Origin: Wallemia ichthyophaga EXF-994 | Lineage: Eukaryota; Fungi; Basidiomycota | Length of the DNA: 62,000 nt | Direction of reading: 5' to 3' | NCBI RefSeq assembly: GCF_000400465.1 | Contig: NW_008806284.1 | Coordinates: 20,001-82,000 of the forward strand | Shown here: positions 46,575-57,210 of the stretch, one piece after another | Position numbering within the stretch: the first letter of the stretch is position 1 | How the letters are laid out: each line of letters opens with the position of its first letter | Position numbers and translations under genes: made by a program | The notes under the pieces: generated by a model | The model's database searches: none | Told to the model about the DNA's origin: nothing | What the model saw: only the letters and a program-made list of their open reading frames with translations

Positions 46575-47459
46575 ATGTCGAACAACCCCGTCTACACATA
46601 TCACGAAAAACAGCACTTCAATCTCGGTGGTAACTCGCGTAAGCGTAAGATCGGGATTGAGTCGCTGCGCCGATTCGACCATTGTGCGCTATGCCTCGGC
46701 GTAGCACGCGAGGCGACGAGTACCCCGAGGGGAATTATATACTGTAAAGAGTGCATATATGCGGATCTGTTAGCGCAAAAGCAGGAGATAAAGGCTGCGA
46801 AAACCACCCTGAAGCAGCTCAAGCAGGCGCAGAAGGATGGTTCAGCAAGACGAGCAGAAATTAGCAAACAGGGAAATGTGGAGAGGTTCGATAAGGCGCA
46901 GAAGCTGGGTGGGGACAATTCACAATCTCAATCGCAATCGCAACCAAACTCAAGCTCACAATCTCACCCCACTCTACCCAGCTTTTGGCTGTCTTCTCTC
47001 CAGCCTAACATCAGCGATGAGCAGAATATTGCTGATCGGATACGCGCGTTAGAGGCCCAGAAGATGGTGACTCTCTGTCGACAGGCTACCCCTCCTCATC
47101 CACTCACACTCAAGGATCTCACGCCTGTCAAGATTAAGTACACTGACAGCGCACGCGATGTTGCTGTGTGCAGTGGATGCAATAGGACACTTAACAATTC
47201 AACTAGAATGCTTCTCACTAAATCTTGTCATAATCTTCTCTGCGGCTATTGCATAGACACTCTCTACACACCATCGCAGCAGTGCCCTGTATGCGATGAA
47301 AAGGTTGATACAAATCCAGACGATTTGATTAGGATATCCGTTGAAGGTTGGCTATTTCATTTGATTCTATTCACTCACTCACACCTTCCAGGCACCGGTT
47401 TCGCTGGTGGTGGCGGTGTTATGCTCAAGAAGAGAACAGGAACACTCGGGCTCAATTAG
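46575..47459 (+). CDS. NOSIP-like RING/U-box protein; in-frame intron at about 47348-47390
   Basis: VYTYHEK...SLRRFDHCALCL...GIIYCKECIYADLLAQKQEIK...LPSFWL...LTLKDL...CHNLLC..C...CPVC...GTGFAGGG. Confidence 0.85.
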   Translation: MSNNPVYTYHEKQHFNLGGNSRKRKIGIESLRRFDHCALCLGVAREATSTPRGIIYCKECIYADLLAQKQEIKAAKTTLKQLKQAQKDGSARRAEISKQGNVERFDKAQKLGGDNSQSQSQSQPNSSSQSHPTLPSFWLSSLQPNISDEQNIADRIRALEAQKMVTLCRQATPPHPLTLKDLTPVKIKYTDSARDVAVCSGCNRTLNNSTRMLLTKSCHNLLCGYCIDTLYTPSQQCPVCDEKVDTNPDDLIRISVEGWLFHLILFTHSHLPGTGFAGGGGVMLKKRTGTLGLN

Positions 47460-47577
47460 TTTGCTAATGTGTATTATTTATATAGAGTACATTTCTCGTT
47501 GCATCGCTTTCATGTCCTGTTTTCTTGCATTAGCTAACGCGCCAACGCACCATACACACCCCAGTTACACCAGTGTA

Positions 47578-47639
47578 TCAGTAAAAGCGTTTAAAGTTTG
47601 ACTTCATGTGTTTGCAGAGATTGTTCACAATACCATCAT
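47578..47639 (-). ncRNA. Intronic box C/D snoRNA, snR52-like guide (copy A) for the LSU rRNA A-loop
   Basis: Box C ATGATGG (47639-47633), guide GTGAACAATCT plus D' CTGC, box D CTGA (47581-47578). Lies inside intron 47681-47517 (GTGGGT...GCTAAT...ACAG); external stem 47653-47661/47555-47563. Confidence 0.8.
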
Positions 47640-47790
47640 GTTGTGTGCGCTGTGGGGTGTGCTGGATGTACACAAACCCACCTCATTGTCTCATCACCAT
47701 ATTTCGTTAACGTTTACTGGAAATTCCTGTCTTGGTCGTTTGTTAGTTGGGTTCAAAACGTCCCTCAGACTCCGCGACCGCTCTTCAATG

Positions 47791-47856
47791 TCAGCGAATA
47801 AGCGTTATAAAGAGTTGACTTCATGTGTTTGCAGAGATTGTTCACAAAACCATCAT
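47791..47856 (-). ncRNA. Intronic box C/D snoRNA, snR52-like guide (copy B)
   Basis: Box C ATGATGG (47856-47850), same D' guide, D guide TAACGCTTATT, box D CTGA (47794-47791). Lies inside intron 47895-47727 (GTGAGT...ACTAAC...ACAG); external stem GACCGCTCT/AGAGCGGTC. Confidence 0.82.
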
Positions 47857-48159
47857 TCGAGAGAGCGGTCTGGATTCTGAATAAATTGTACTCACCAATT
47901 GCGTTAGTTTTGCTTCTCAGTTACACCAACTCCTTCGCTCTCCACACATGATTACATTTCAGTTAGAGCTAATACATTTTATCCCTCCTCTTCTCAATGA
48001 GAATCGAGTGATAATAACTTTTCATCCTTGTAAACGAGTGTGGAGTCGTCGAAGAAAGTGATAAAGCAATGGTAAAACTAACTTACATCTTCATCCTAAA
48101 AACGATAATTAGCAAGAACACTAATAATAACACCACGCAAGACACCATCACAAACACCC

Positions 48160-48254
48160 TCAGAGAGAAGATTTATCCCTGATAATGTCGGTCATCAATC
48201 CGCGAGTGATGAATCACACCAGAAATCCCCACAAGAATGAATAGCGATTATCAT
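48160..48254 (-). ncRNA. Intronic box C/D RNA guiding U6 snRNA 2'-O-methylation (mgU6-47/SNORD7-like)
   Basis: Guide AATCTTCTCT (48173-48164) directly before box D CTGA is complementary to U6 AGAGAAGAUU; CAGGG at 48181-48177; C' TGATGA; degenerate box C ATGATAA. Lies inside intron 48307-48096; 14-bp external stem with one mismatch. Confidence 0.8.
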
Positions 48255-48314
48255 CTTGGAGTGAGACTAGCGAGTGGTGTCTAGCGTGAGGTGTGAATTG
48301 CACTCACATTGCAA

Positions 48315-49233
48315 CTAGACATCTTTCACGATTGGTGAGTTGTAACGCTGTGCGTAGCCAGTCCAGCTTTCATCGTAAATGGAGCTATGACCTCCAATAA
48401 CTTCCAGGGCAAGAGCTACGATCGCGGCTGTCATCCCTGAGCCGCAACTAGTAATGACATCTTTCTTCCCTTCGAGGACCATATCCAGCTGCTGCTTTCC
48501 GAGTGTATTTTCAAACACCGCACGAAGCTCTTCAGGGCTCTTAAGCTGGCCATCCTGAAGCAATTGGGGAAAAGCGAGCGAGAGAGCACCAGGCATATGA
48601 CCCGACGACAGGCCCTGTCTGGGTTCAGGCGCCGCGCCCGCAAAGCGAGGCTGCGGACGAGCATCGAGTATGACGCTATCTTTACGCTCAATGGTGTTGA
48701 GAATATCTATGTGGTCCTTGATAAAGTTCTTCTCCAGTGTAGGTACGGGGTACTCTGAGCGTTGGGAAACATACTCTCCCGACTCTACAGGTAAACCTTC
48801 CCTCTCATAGGCTGGGAGACCACCGTCGAGGACAGCGACATTTGGATGACCCATTGCGCGAAAGGTGAAAGCAGCGCGTGGAGCGCTAAAAACACCGACT
48901 GTGTCATAGAGGAGGACTTGAGAGTTGCGCTCAATTCCCAATTGGGAACACGCTGATGCAAAAATTGCAGGTGAGGGGAGCATATGACCGACAAAGCCAT
49001 CTGGGTGGTTCGAAGCAATTTTGTCGAGATCCCAACGCCTTGCTTGAGGGAGGTGCTTGGAGAGGTACTCGTCGTTTGGGTTGCGCGCGCTGTTAGGCAT
49101 GTGCCACGAAGCATCCTGGCAGAGATGAGCGTGAGCAAGAGCAGAGACCATCTCAGCTGCTCAGCTTGCTCACCAACGCAATGAAGTGCTTGAGGTCGCG
49201 CAGCTGGCGTGCTTTGACAATTCTCGTAGTCAT
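48315..49233 (-). CDS. TUM1: Tandem-rhodanese 3-mercaptopyruvate/thiosulfate sulfurtransferase, 2 coding exons
   Basis: |DASWHMPN, FSAPRAAFTFRAMGH, VLDGGLPA, LDARPQPRF, EPRQGLSSGHMPGA, active-site loop SCGSGMTA, YDESWTGY. Confidence 0.93.
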
Positions 49234-49284
49234 CGTCGTTGCAGTTCAAGAAGCTTTTCTTGATTTTCTGTCAAATAACTTGAA

Positions 49285-50355
49285 ATGGAAAATAAAAAGT
49301 TGAACTTTGCAATCGCTAAATACCTCAAAAGCGCACAAGCTGGGTTAAGCGGCGAGAAGCAGGAATCACTCAGCGTTGCAATTGAGTCGTTGGAGGATGT
49401 CTTCGAGGTGGATGACACGCAGGCAGGTGCTTTGGATAGCCCAGTGGATTTGGCAGCCTTGTTCAAGAGTGCGCAAGTCGCTGAGAAGCCACAAGCAGCA
49501 GCTGGGCCAGCTAACCAATCAGAGCCATCCGCTCAAGACATGGCCAAAGCAGACACACTCAAGGCTCAAGGCAATGCCCTCATGTCTGCGCAGAAGTACC
49601 AAGAAGCTGTAGACGCTTACACCCAAGCTATAGCCCTGCACTCCACCAACAAGATTCTCTATTCGTACGTGTACACTTCCTTCTAGAATGTACCCTGCTC
49701 ACTTGCTCACAGCAACAGAGCAGCTGCGTACTCGCAGGCTGGTGACCAAGACGCATCCATCGCAGACGCTAAGAAGGCACTCGAAATTGACCCGGCTTTC
49801 GCCAGAGCGTACTCGAGATTAGGTCACGCGTACTTCAACGCTAAGCAGTACGATAATGCCGTCAGCGCATATGAGGATGGTCTCAAGTATGATACCGACA
49901 ATCAGACCATGAAGTCTAGCCTCATCACCGCTAGATCCAAGGTAGGCGGCTCTGTTCAACAGAGAGAATCTCAGGATGCCGGCGCAGGTGCTGGTGCTGG
50001 TGCTGGTGCTGGCGGTGGTGGTATGCCTGATCTCTCAGCTCTCGCAGGCATGTTTGGCGGCGCTGGCGGTGGTGCTGGCGGCGGCGGCGGCGGCGGTATG
50101 CCTGATATCGGTGCTTTACTCAATAACCCAATGATGCGCCAGATGGCTCAATCGATGATGTCCAACGGCGGTATGGAGAGACTTATGTCTAACCCTGGTC
50201 TCAGGAACATGGCGGAGAACATGAGAAGTGGTGGACAGATGCCATCCATCGAGGAGTTGGCAGGTAACCCCGAACTCAGAGGTCTCGCTGAGTCTTTCGG
50301 TGCTGGTGGTGCTGGTGGTGCTGGCCAAGGCAATCCTCCACCAGGCAATGCTTAA
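49285..50355 (+). CDS. SGT2: TPR co-chaperone Sgt2/SGTA, 2 exons
   Basis: N-terminal dimerisation segment ESLSVAIESLEDVF, TPR ADTLKAQGN...YS|NRAAAY...AYSRLGHA, C-terminal Met/Gly-rich STI1-like region. Confidence 0.92.
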
Positions 50356-50403
50356 TTTCCATTAAATAAAGGTTTATTAGTAAAGATATCTATATGTATA
50401 CAT

Positions 50404-51750
50404 CTATTCATCATCTTCCTCCTCTTTCTCCTCCTCTTCTTGCTCCTGCTCCTGCTCACTCTCATTCTCCTGTACGTCTTGGTCTTCACTCTCTTCTGCA
50501 TCTCCCTCATCTTCATAGCCCGCACTGGCAACATCAAGACATGTGAGTCTGGTGCCCTTTGTGTTATATGCCGCGACACACTCCAACTGCACCTGCTTGC
50601 TTGACTTTGTGAGCGCACTCAGATCGAAAGCTCTTACGAATCCATCCGATGAGATAGTGATAGCGAGTAGTAAGTCAGCCACCAATCCAAACCTGACACT
50701 CTTGATGCGGTTTTGGTGACCTACCAGCTCAGCCACGAAAGCACTCTCTTCACCCTCTTTAATTGCATAAAGCAGCACCCTCTTGTCCTCGCTTGCAACG
50801 GCAAAAAACTCAACACCATCGTCAAATCCCTGTGATTTGAGTGGTCTAGCGAAGCCAATGTCATTGAACTTAGTTGTCAATTTAGCTGGCAGCCATGGTA
50901 AAGGAGGGAGCAATTCGAAACCCTGCGTATTTCTCATCTCAACATGTTGTTTGAACATGATTGCGATTATGTTCCCAGATTTACTAAACTTGACCACTTC
51001 CGGATTACCTTTGCGACCCTCAATACCTAATTTCGTGCCTGCGATTCTACCAACATGGCCAGCTTGTCTATTCGACTCCTTCGAGTTCTTGCCCAATCTC
51101 CACAGCTGTCCCATTCTGTCGCTGCCGACAGTCATTGCGAAGCCTCCCTTAGGATGCACAGCTGCTGAGTCTACGCTACCCTTGTGAGCGCGGAATGACT
51201 TAAGCAGCTCCCATTCACCGCATTTAAAGATATATATGTTCGAGTGCGTCGTACCGATTACGAGGTGGGCATGATTGACGAAAGACATTGTGAGTGGAGT
51301 GCCTGTGTGGAGTGTGTTAGCCGTGCTAGTCTTGCTAACTGTGTCTGCTGCAGTCGTAAGACCGCGCAATGTCGCACCTTCTGTACCAGTCAAAGAACCG
51401 ACTTCGACTCTTCTGCGTACATCCCACACTTTGATAGACTCGTCAGTACCTCCGGTAATAAGCCACTTGCCGCCCTTAGATGAGCCTGGCGGCGGCGGTG
51501 ATAGCGCGACGCTCTTGATACACGTGATGTGCGCAGGGAACATAAACAGCGGCTTGAATTGGAGCTTGCCAGCTTGCATGCGTAAATTGAATCCATACAG
51601 CAACCGCTCGTAGCTCCCTACGGCAACATTCACGCTCACTGGGCCACTTGCAGCTTTTTTGGCTTCAGGATTCTGAATTTTCGCACTTTTCGTTGGCACG
51701 TCACTGGCAGCCTGGTTCTGTTGAAATCTAGCTCTCTTTTGCCCGCCCAT
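50404..51750 (-). CDS. MAK11: WD40 60S biogenesis factor Mak11/PAK1IP1-like
   Basis: VAVGSYERLLYG, FMFPAHITCIKSVA, WLITGGTDESIKVWD, AHKGSV...VHPKG, GHQNRIKSV, TISSDG, RLTCL. Confidence 0.88.
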   Translation of the reverse strand: MGGQKRARFQQNQAASDVPTKSAKIQNPEAKKAASGPVSVNVAVGSYERLLYGFNLRMQAGKLQFKPLFMFPAHITCIKSVALSPPPPGSSKGGKWLITGGTDESIKVWDVRRRVEVGSLTGTEGATLRGLTTAADTVSKTSTANTLHTGTPLTMSFVNHAHLVIGTTHSNIYIFKCGEWELLKSFRAHKGSVDSAAVHPKGGFAMTVGSDRMGQLWRLGKNSKESNRQAGHVGRIAGTKLGIEGRKGNPEVVKFSKSGNIIAIMFKQHVEMRNTQGFELLPPLPWLPAKLTTKFNDIGFARPLKSQGFDDGVEFFAVASEDKRVLLYAIKEGEESAFVAELVGHQNRIKSVRFGLVADLLLAITISSDGFVRAFDLSALTKSSKQVQLECVAAYNTKGTRLTCLDVASAGYEDEGDAEESEDQDVQENESEQEQEQEEEEKEEEDDE

Positions 51751-52171
51751 TTATGCACTCTGCTGATCGTTGAGAGGAAGGAAGAGGAAGATTCTCCAGA
51801 TTACATCATAACAGAGTGACGAGTTAATCAATCTAGATTTAGCACTCTCTGAGCTACTTATATCCTTGCCAAGTATTGTAGCGGTCTATTACAGCTTAAA
51901 ATAGTAGCTCAAAATTTGCACATTCCTCGGATACTGCAGTCTTCAACAATCGGGATGTCCCCAAGCCTTTACTGACATGGGACTTGCTAAATTCACGTAA
52001 TACCAGTAACCACGGGCATTTCCCAGCGTGTGCCTCGTTCGTGCTGGAATTAAAGACACCATACATGCATTAAGCGAAGTATCTTCTATAAATAATACAT
52101 CCAAAAATAAATACATTGCACATATAAAGCCGCATTGCGGTCATTACCTCCCTTTTTCATTCTATCTTCCT

Positions 52172-53599
52172 ATGTTCAAGCAAGTTGTCTACTTAGGATT
52201 ATTGGCGAGCGCAGCGGCGCAATCTAACGGAACAATTGACCTCACGGAGCCAGAGGCAGGAAGATGGGGTGGCAATAATGGTAAGACACCCACGCAGCAC
52301 TACAACGACTTCGACCATGAAGTCTTTCACAACCGCACCTACACCCCACAGCCCATTAGGTATGAAATGGGAGAAGTATATACGGTGAAAGAGAACGCGG
52401 ACTTAGATAGAATGTCTCCAGATACACTCGCACCGCCCACCGTCGATTTCGGCAGCATTGAAAATCCAAGATGGCACATGTCTGACTCGTACAACCGCCT
52501 GGCTATTGGGGGGTATGCAAGACAACAAACAGTCAGGGACCTACCTATTAGCAAGGATATTGCCGGTGTAGATATGCGCTTATCACCACATGCTTTTAGA
52601 GAGTCCCATTGGCACACACAGGCCGAATGGTCGTATATTTTTTCAGGACGAGTTATCATCTCAGCCATTATGCCAGATGGAAAGACCTTCATGAGCGAGC
52701 TGGGACCAGGCGACGTTTGGTTCTTCCCTCCATCCACCATACACTCCATCCAAGCTCTTGACGAAGGCGCCGAGTTCCTACTCATCTTCGACAGCGGAGC
52801 ATTCGACGAGAACGATACCTTTTTAGCTGCGGAGGCACTATCACGCATCCCTAAATCTGTGATCAAGTAGGTGGAAACTCGCTGACGACTAAAATTTTCC
52901 GCTCACATGCACCAGTAAAAATTTCGGTTTGAGCAAGAATGCAACTGATTTCGACAATATTCCGGCAGAGCAGCTCTACATTTTCAGAGGAGAAGCACCT
53001 GTACCATCTTTCAAGGAGCAGAAAGCGTCGATCAACAACCCCTTTGGCATGCTCGAAGACCACACTCTCGCGCTCAAATTCTCTGAGACACCATGGGAAG
53101 AGCATGACGGCGGCAAGGTGAAGATCGCAGACAGTAAAATTTTCAACGCGCCCAATCTCGACATTTCAGTTGCGCATCTGTCACTTGAAAGCAACAGTCT
53201 GAGGACACTGCACTGGCATGAGACTTGTGAGTTTGGAACTGTCCATTCGAGTACGAATACTCACAACACTCAGCCGAGTGGGATTTTGTCTTAAAGGGCA
53301 CACTTAGGGTGACCATCTACGCCGGCAACGGTAACAGCCGTACATACGACATCAACTCTCTCGACGTGCTCTATGTGGAGGCGAACAACCTTCACTATCT
53401 TGAATGTGTTAGCCCAGAGCCATGCGAGTTCCTCGCTGCTTTCAAGATCGACACGTACAACGACTTTGAATACGGTCAATTCCTCAGCGCCGCTCCTCGT
53501 TACACCGTCAAGCAGCATCTCAGAATCAGTGATGAGACACTAGACAAAGTCCAGGGCAGTGTTGCTAACAAACAGATTATCATGCCTGACAACTGTTAA
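52172..53599 (+). CDS. Secreted bicupin oxalate decarboxylase (OxdC family), 3 exons
   Basis: Signal peptide MFKQVVYLGLLASAAAQ; GGYARQQTVRDLP; DMRL...FRESHWHTQAEWSY; GDVWFFP..IHSIQAL; lid FDENDTF; second cupin LHWHET|..EW...NLHYLE. Confidence 0.9.
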
Positions 53600-53726
53600 A
53601 GGAACAAGTAAGAAGAAAAAAGAGTTGTGATTCATGTGTAATAATAATCTTTTCATTACAGATCGATTCTGATTATCCTGTTATAGTTAATTTATGTGTG
53701 TCATGTCTCGCTCACATTTTCACATC

Positions 53727-55210
53727 TCAAGCGATCACCTCAGTGACAATACCAGTACCAATCGTCTTGTTGCCCTCTCTGAGCGTGAATCTAGAGTTGT
53801 TTTCCAGTGGCAAGTCGTGAACGAGTTCGCCGACCATCTCAACGTTGTCACCAGGCATGATCATCTTCTCGCCAGCGTCAGCAGTGCCTTCTGGGAACTT
53901 GAGAGAAATGGTAACGTCAGAGGTTCTGATGAAGAGTTGTGGGCGGTAATTCTCGAAGAATGGAGAGTGACGACCGCCCTCTTCCTTTGTGAGGATGTAG
54001 AGCTGAGCCTTGAACTTTTTATAGCTCTTGATAGAGTCAACTGCGGAAATGACTTGACCACGACGGATTTGCTCTCTCTTCACACCTCTGAGCAAGGCAC
54101 CCATGTTGTCACCGGACTCACCACGGTCCAACTCCCTGTGGAAGGACTCGATACCAGTGAGTGTGGTCTTGAATGAGTTACCGAGACCGAGAATTTGAAT
54201 TTCCTCACCCTTCTTGATAGTACCTCTCTCAACTCTGCCGGTGGCGACAGTACCTCTACCAGAAATGGTGAAGGTGTCTTCGATAGGCATCAGGAATGGC
54301 TTGTCGAGATCTCTCTCTGGGATATCCAACCAGCTATCGGAAGCTTCCATGAGCTCATCGATTGAGTTTGTACCAATCTCAGGGTTGCGGCCTTCGAGAG
54401 CAGCAAGTGCGGAGCCCTTAACGATTGGGGTGTTATCACCATCGTATCCGTACGTAGAGAGCAAGTCACGGATTTCCATATCTACGAGTTCCAACATTTC
54501 AGGATCATCAACTTGATCGACCTTGTTGATGTACACGACGAGTTTCTTGACACCGACCTGCTTGGCAAGGAGAAGGTGCTCTCTGGTCTGAGGCATCTGG
54601 CCGTCTGCAGCGGAGACTACAATGATAGCACCATCCATTTGGGCAGCACCAGTAATCATGTTTTTGATGTAATCAGCGTGTCCTGGGCAGTCAACGTGTG
54701 CGTAGTGTCTGTTCTCGGTCTCGTATTCGACGTGGGCGGTGGAGATAGTGATACCTCTAGCCTTCTCTTCTGGTGCCTTATCGATTTGGTTGTAATCGAG
54801 GAACTGGCCCTTGCCAGATTTCTCAGTGAGGTACTTTGTGATGGCTGCAGTGAGCGTAGTCTTTCCGTGATCGACGTGTCCAATGGTACCGACATTCAAG
54901 TGTGGCTTGTCGCGTTGGAAAGTTGCGTATGTGCGAGCTGAGTGGGTGCTAGCTCCGCGGGCTGGGTTTTTGGCGTGAGGATGAATATTTTCCCAATACC
55001 TAAAACTCACCCAATGCAGTTGGAATCACTGCAGAGCGCATGCTCATACGCTGGAGACCATTTGCGAGTGAACGAGTGGCTAAACCTGGGTGTTTTTCTC
55101 AGAAGCGTTTCCTCAATTTGATGGTGCAACCAACCTCTAGCAACGCCTCTAAATGGCTGTGGCTGGACGAAACGTCTGCCTGCTACACGCACAGCTGGTA
55201 CCCTGAACAT
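53727..55210 (-). CDS. TUF1: Mitochondrial elongation factor Tu, 3 exons
   Basis: Presequence [14 protein letters not shown] (two N-terminal introns); [31 protein letters not shown]. Confidence 0.97.
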
Positions 55211-55747
55211 TTTGTAGATGGTTGGAAAGAGAAGACGACGCGGACGAGCTCCGAGGGATTCAGTTTAAAAATTGAGTGGAGTATAGTAGTATAGGGAATA
55301 GCTGGAAGTGGTATTAGAAGGTCAAATGGATTCCTTCTATTGGTATTGCTCGTGGTGCCACTCTGGGTGTTTGTTTTTACATCAAATGACTTGAATTTGT
55401 TATATTTATTGTGCACTGTCTTTGAGGTTCAAATACCTTTTATCTTGTAGCCTTCATGTCTGCATCATGCTGTCCAAAAATTTTGACTTTTGTTGGCCGA
55501 AACATTCCAGAGGCCGTATGGCTTTGGGAATAGCGTGGACTGGGTTTTTCGAAGCTTTGTATTATGTTGCTTTAGAGTTCATGCGCAAGTTAGTTGTTGA
55601 AAAGTGTCCATCTGTGAAGTAAATAATGTGATGTGATTCGAGTACTTGAAAGTATTCCATATAACGCCGACAATTAACACGCGCTATCACTTAATACACG
55701 CTAGCTACGCCCAAATTTACACCACTTGTGCGTCTTAAACAAATACC

Positions 55748-57161
55748 ATGACCACGATTACTTCCCAACCTTCGGCAACGACAGCAAGTATAAGATCAGA
55801 CCAATCCAGCAACCTGGAATGTCGTATCCCGAGCTATACGATCGAACTTGAAGGCACTTCGAACCAATTCGTCAACTACAACGTCGCTTACACCTCCAAC
55901 TCAACACTCTACGCCAGCAGCCACCAAGAGACCCAAAGGCGGTTCAAAGACTTTAAATTTCTCCACACGCAGCTCTCTCACTCTTTTCCTGCCTCTGTTA
56001 TTCCCCCCCTTCCCGATCAGCATAGACTGGAGTATCTCACAGGCGATCGATTCTCCAACGACTTTATTCAACGACGCAAACAGGATCTAGAGCGGTTTTT
56101 GCAGCGCATCAGCCGCCATCCGATACTCAAGCGCTCCAAGCTTGTCATAGACTTTTTCGTGTCGACAGAGTGGAACACAGTGATGCACAAACTCGGATCC
56201 CAGCCACTGTCTTACTCAACCAGCTCGATTGAATCGCACACACTGCTTGACAATATATCCGACAGTCTTGTCAATGCCTTCACAAAGGTCAAGAAGCCAG
56301 ACGATCGCTTTGTTGAGCTGAGAGACAATCTCAACAGGCTAGATGACTCGCTTAGTAATATAGAAAAGATAATTCAGAAGCTGCGTACAAAAATCAGCAG
56401 TCAGTCTTATATGCATATCAATCCCGAGAACTATGCACTGACGTACTTGTCAGGTGTGGACAATACAGCCATCGACGTTGACCTGAATGGAGACTACGAT
56501 GATGGTGCGGGTGCTACACAAGCGCTAGCATACTTGGAATCAGGTATCACTGAGCCATTAAATCGATTCGCTCATGCGCAGTTGGAAATGAGCAACATTC
56601 TAAAAGAACAGACTGTCTTAGCTTTCGAGCCTGTGCTCGATCATATTCACTCTCTTAGAGCATACGCTGCCGCTCACAAGTATGTTCTCAAACTGCGCGA
56701 TCAGAAACAACTGGATTTCGAACAGTTGACGACGTATCTCTCTCAACTCGCCCTGCAACACCAAAGACTTGTATCTGCACAACATATCAGCAGTGGTGGG
56801 ATTGGGGGATATATTCGCGATAAAGTGGATCACTTGCGTGGACAAGATGATGAGAGTTTGCGATTAGAGCGTATTAGAAAATTGGAGGAACAGATGAAGG
56901 AGCTCGAGAAAGCAGTTGAGAATTCATCGAAACAAAATGTTGAGTTCAGTCAGGCCGTGTTGAGAGAACACTCCATCTTCGATATGGCTAAGAGGATCGA
57001 AATGAAGGAGATTCTTCACCATTTGGCTGATGGTCATATTGTGGCTTATAAGAAGGTGCGCACGGTGGTTTGTTCATCGCACGACTAACATCACCCCACA
57101 GACGTCTGAGGAATTCGACAGACTGATACCACATTTACAACGTATACGCGTCGATGTCTAA
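55748..57161 (+). CDS. SNX4: PX-BAR sorting nexin Snx4/Atg24-like, 2 exons
   Basis: QRRFKDFKFLH...IPPLPDQHRLEYLTGDRFSNDFIQRRKQDLERFLQRISRHPIL; NAFTKVKKPDDRF; RDQKQLDFEQLTTYL. Confidence 0.92.
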
Positions 57162-57210
57162 TTACCAGAAGTAGAGTGTAGAAGTAAATGTATTGCTATA
57201 TATATATATA

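Noticed and set aside
47587-47857. Direct repeat of about 55 bp as a transposon LTR, CRISPR repeat or protein repeat
   Set aside because: Only two copies, no transposase or Cas gene, no target-site duplication, and the 217-bp spacing is out of frame. The repeat is fully explained as paralogous C/D snoRNAs.
49980-50100. GCTGGT/GGC repeats
   Set aside because: They encode the normal Gly/Ala-rich linker of Sgt2.
53694-54941. Several 100-160 aa plus-strand ORFs
   Set aside because: Antisense shadows of EF-Tu, expected from strong codon bias.
55211-55747. Possible hidden gene between TUF1 and SNX4
   Set aside because: I could not assemble a phase-consistent exon chain or find snoRNA boxes; treated as a divergent promoter.
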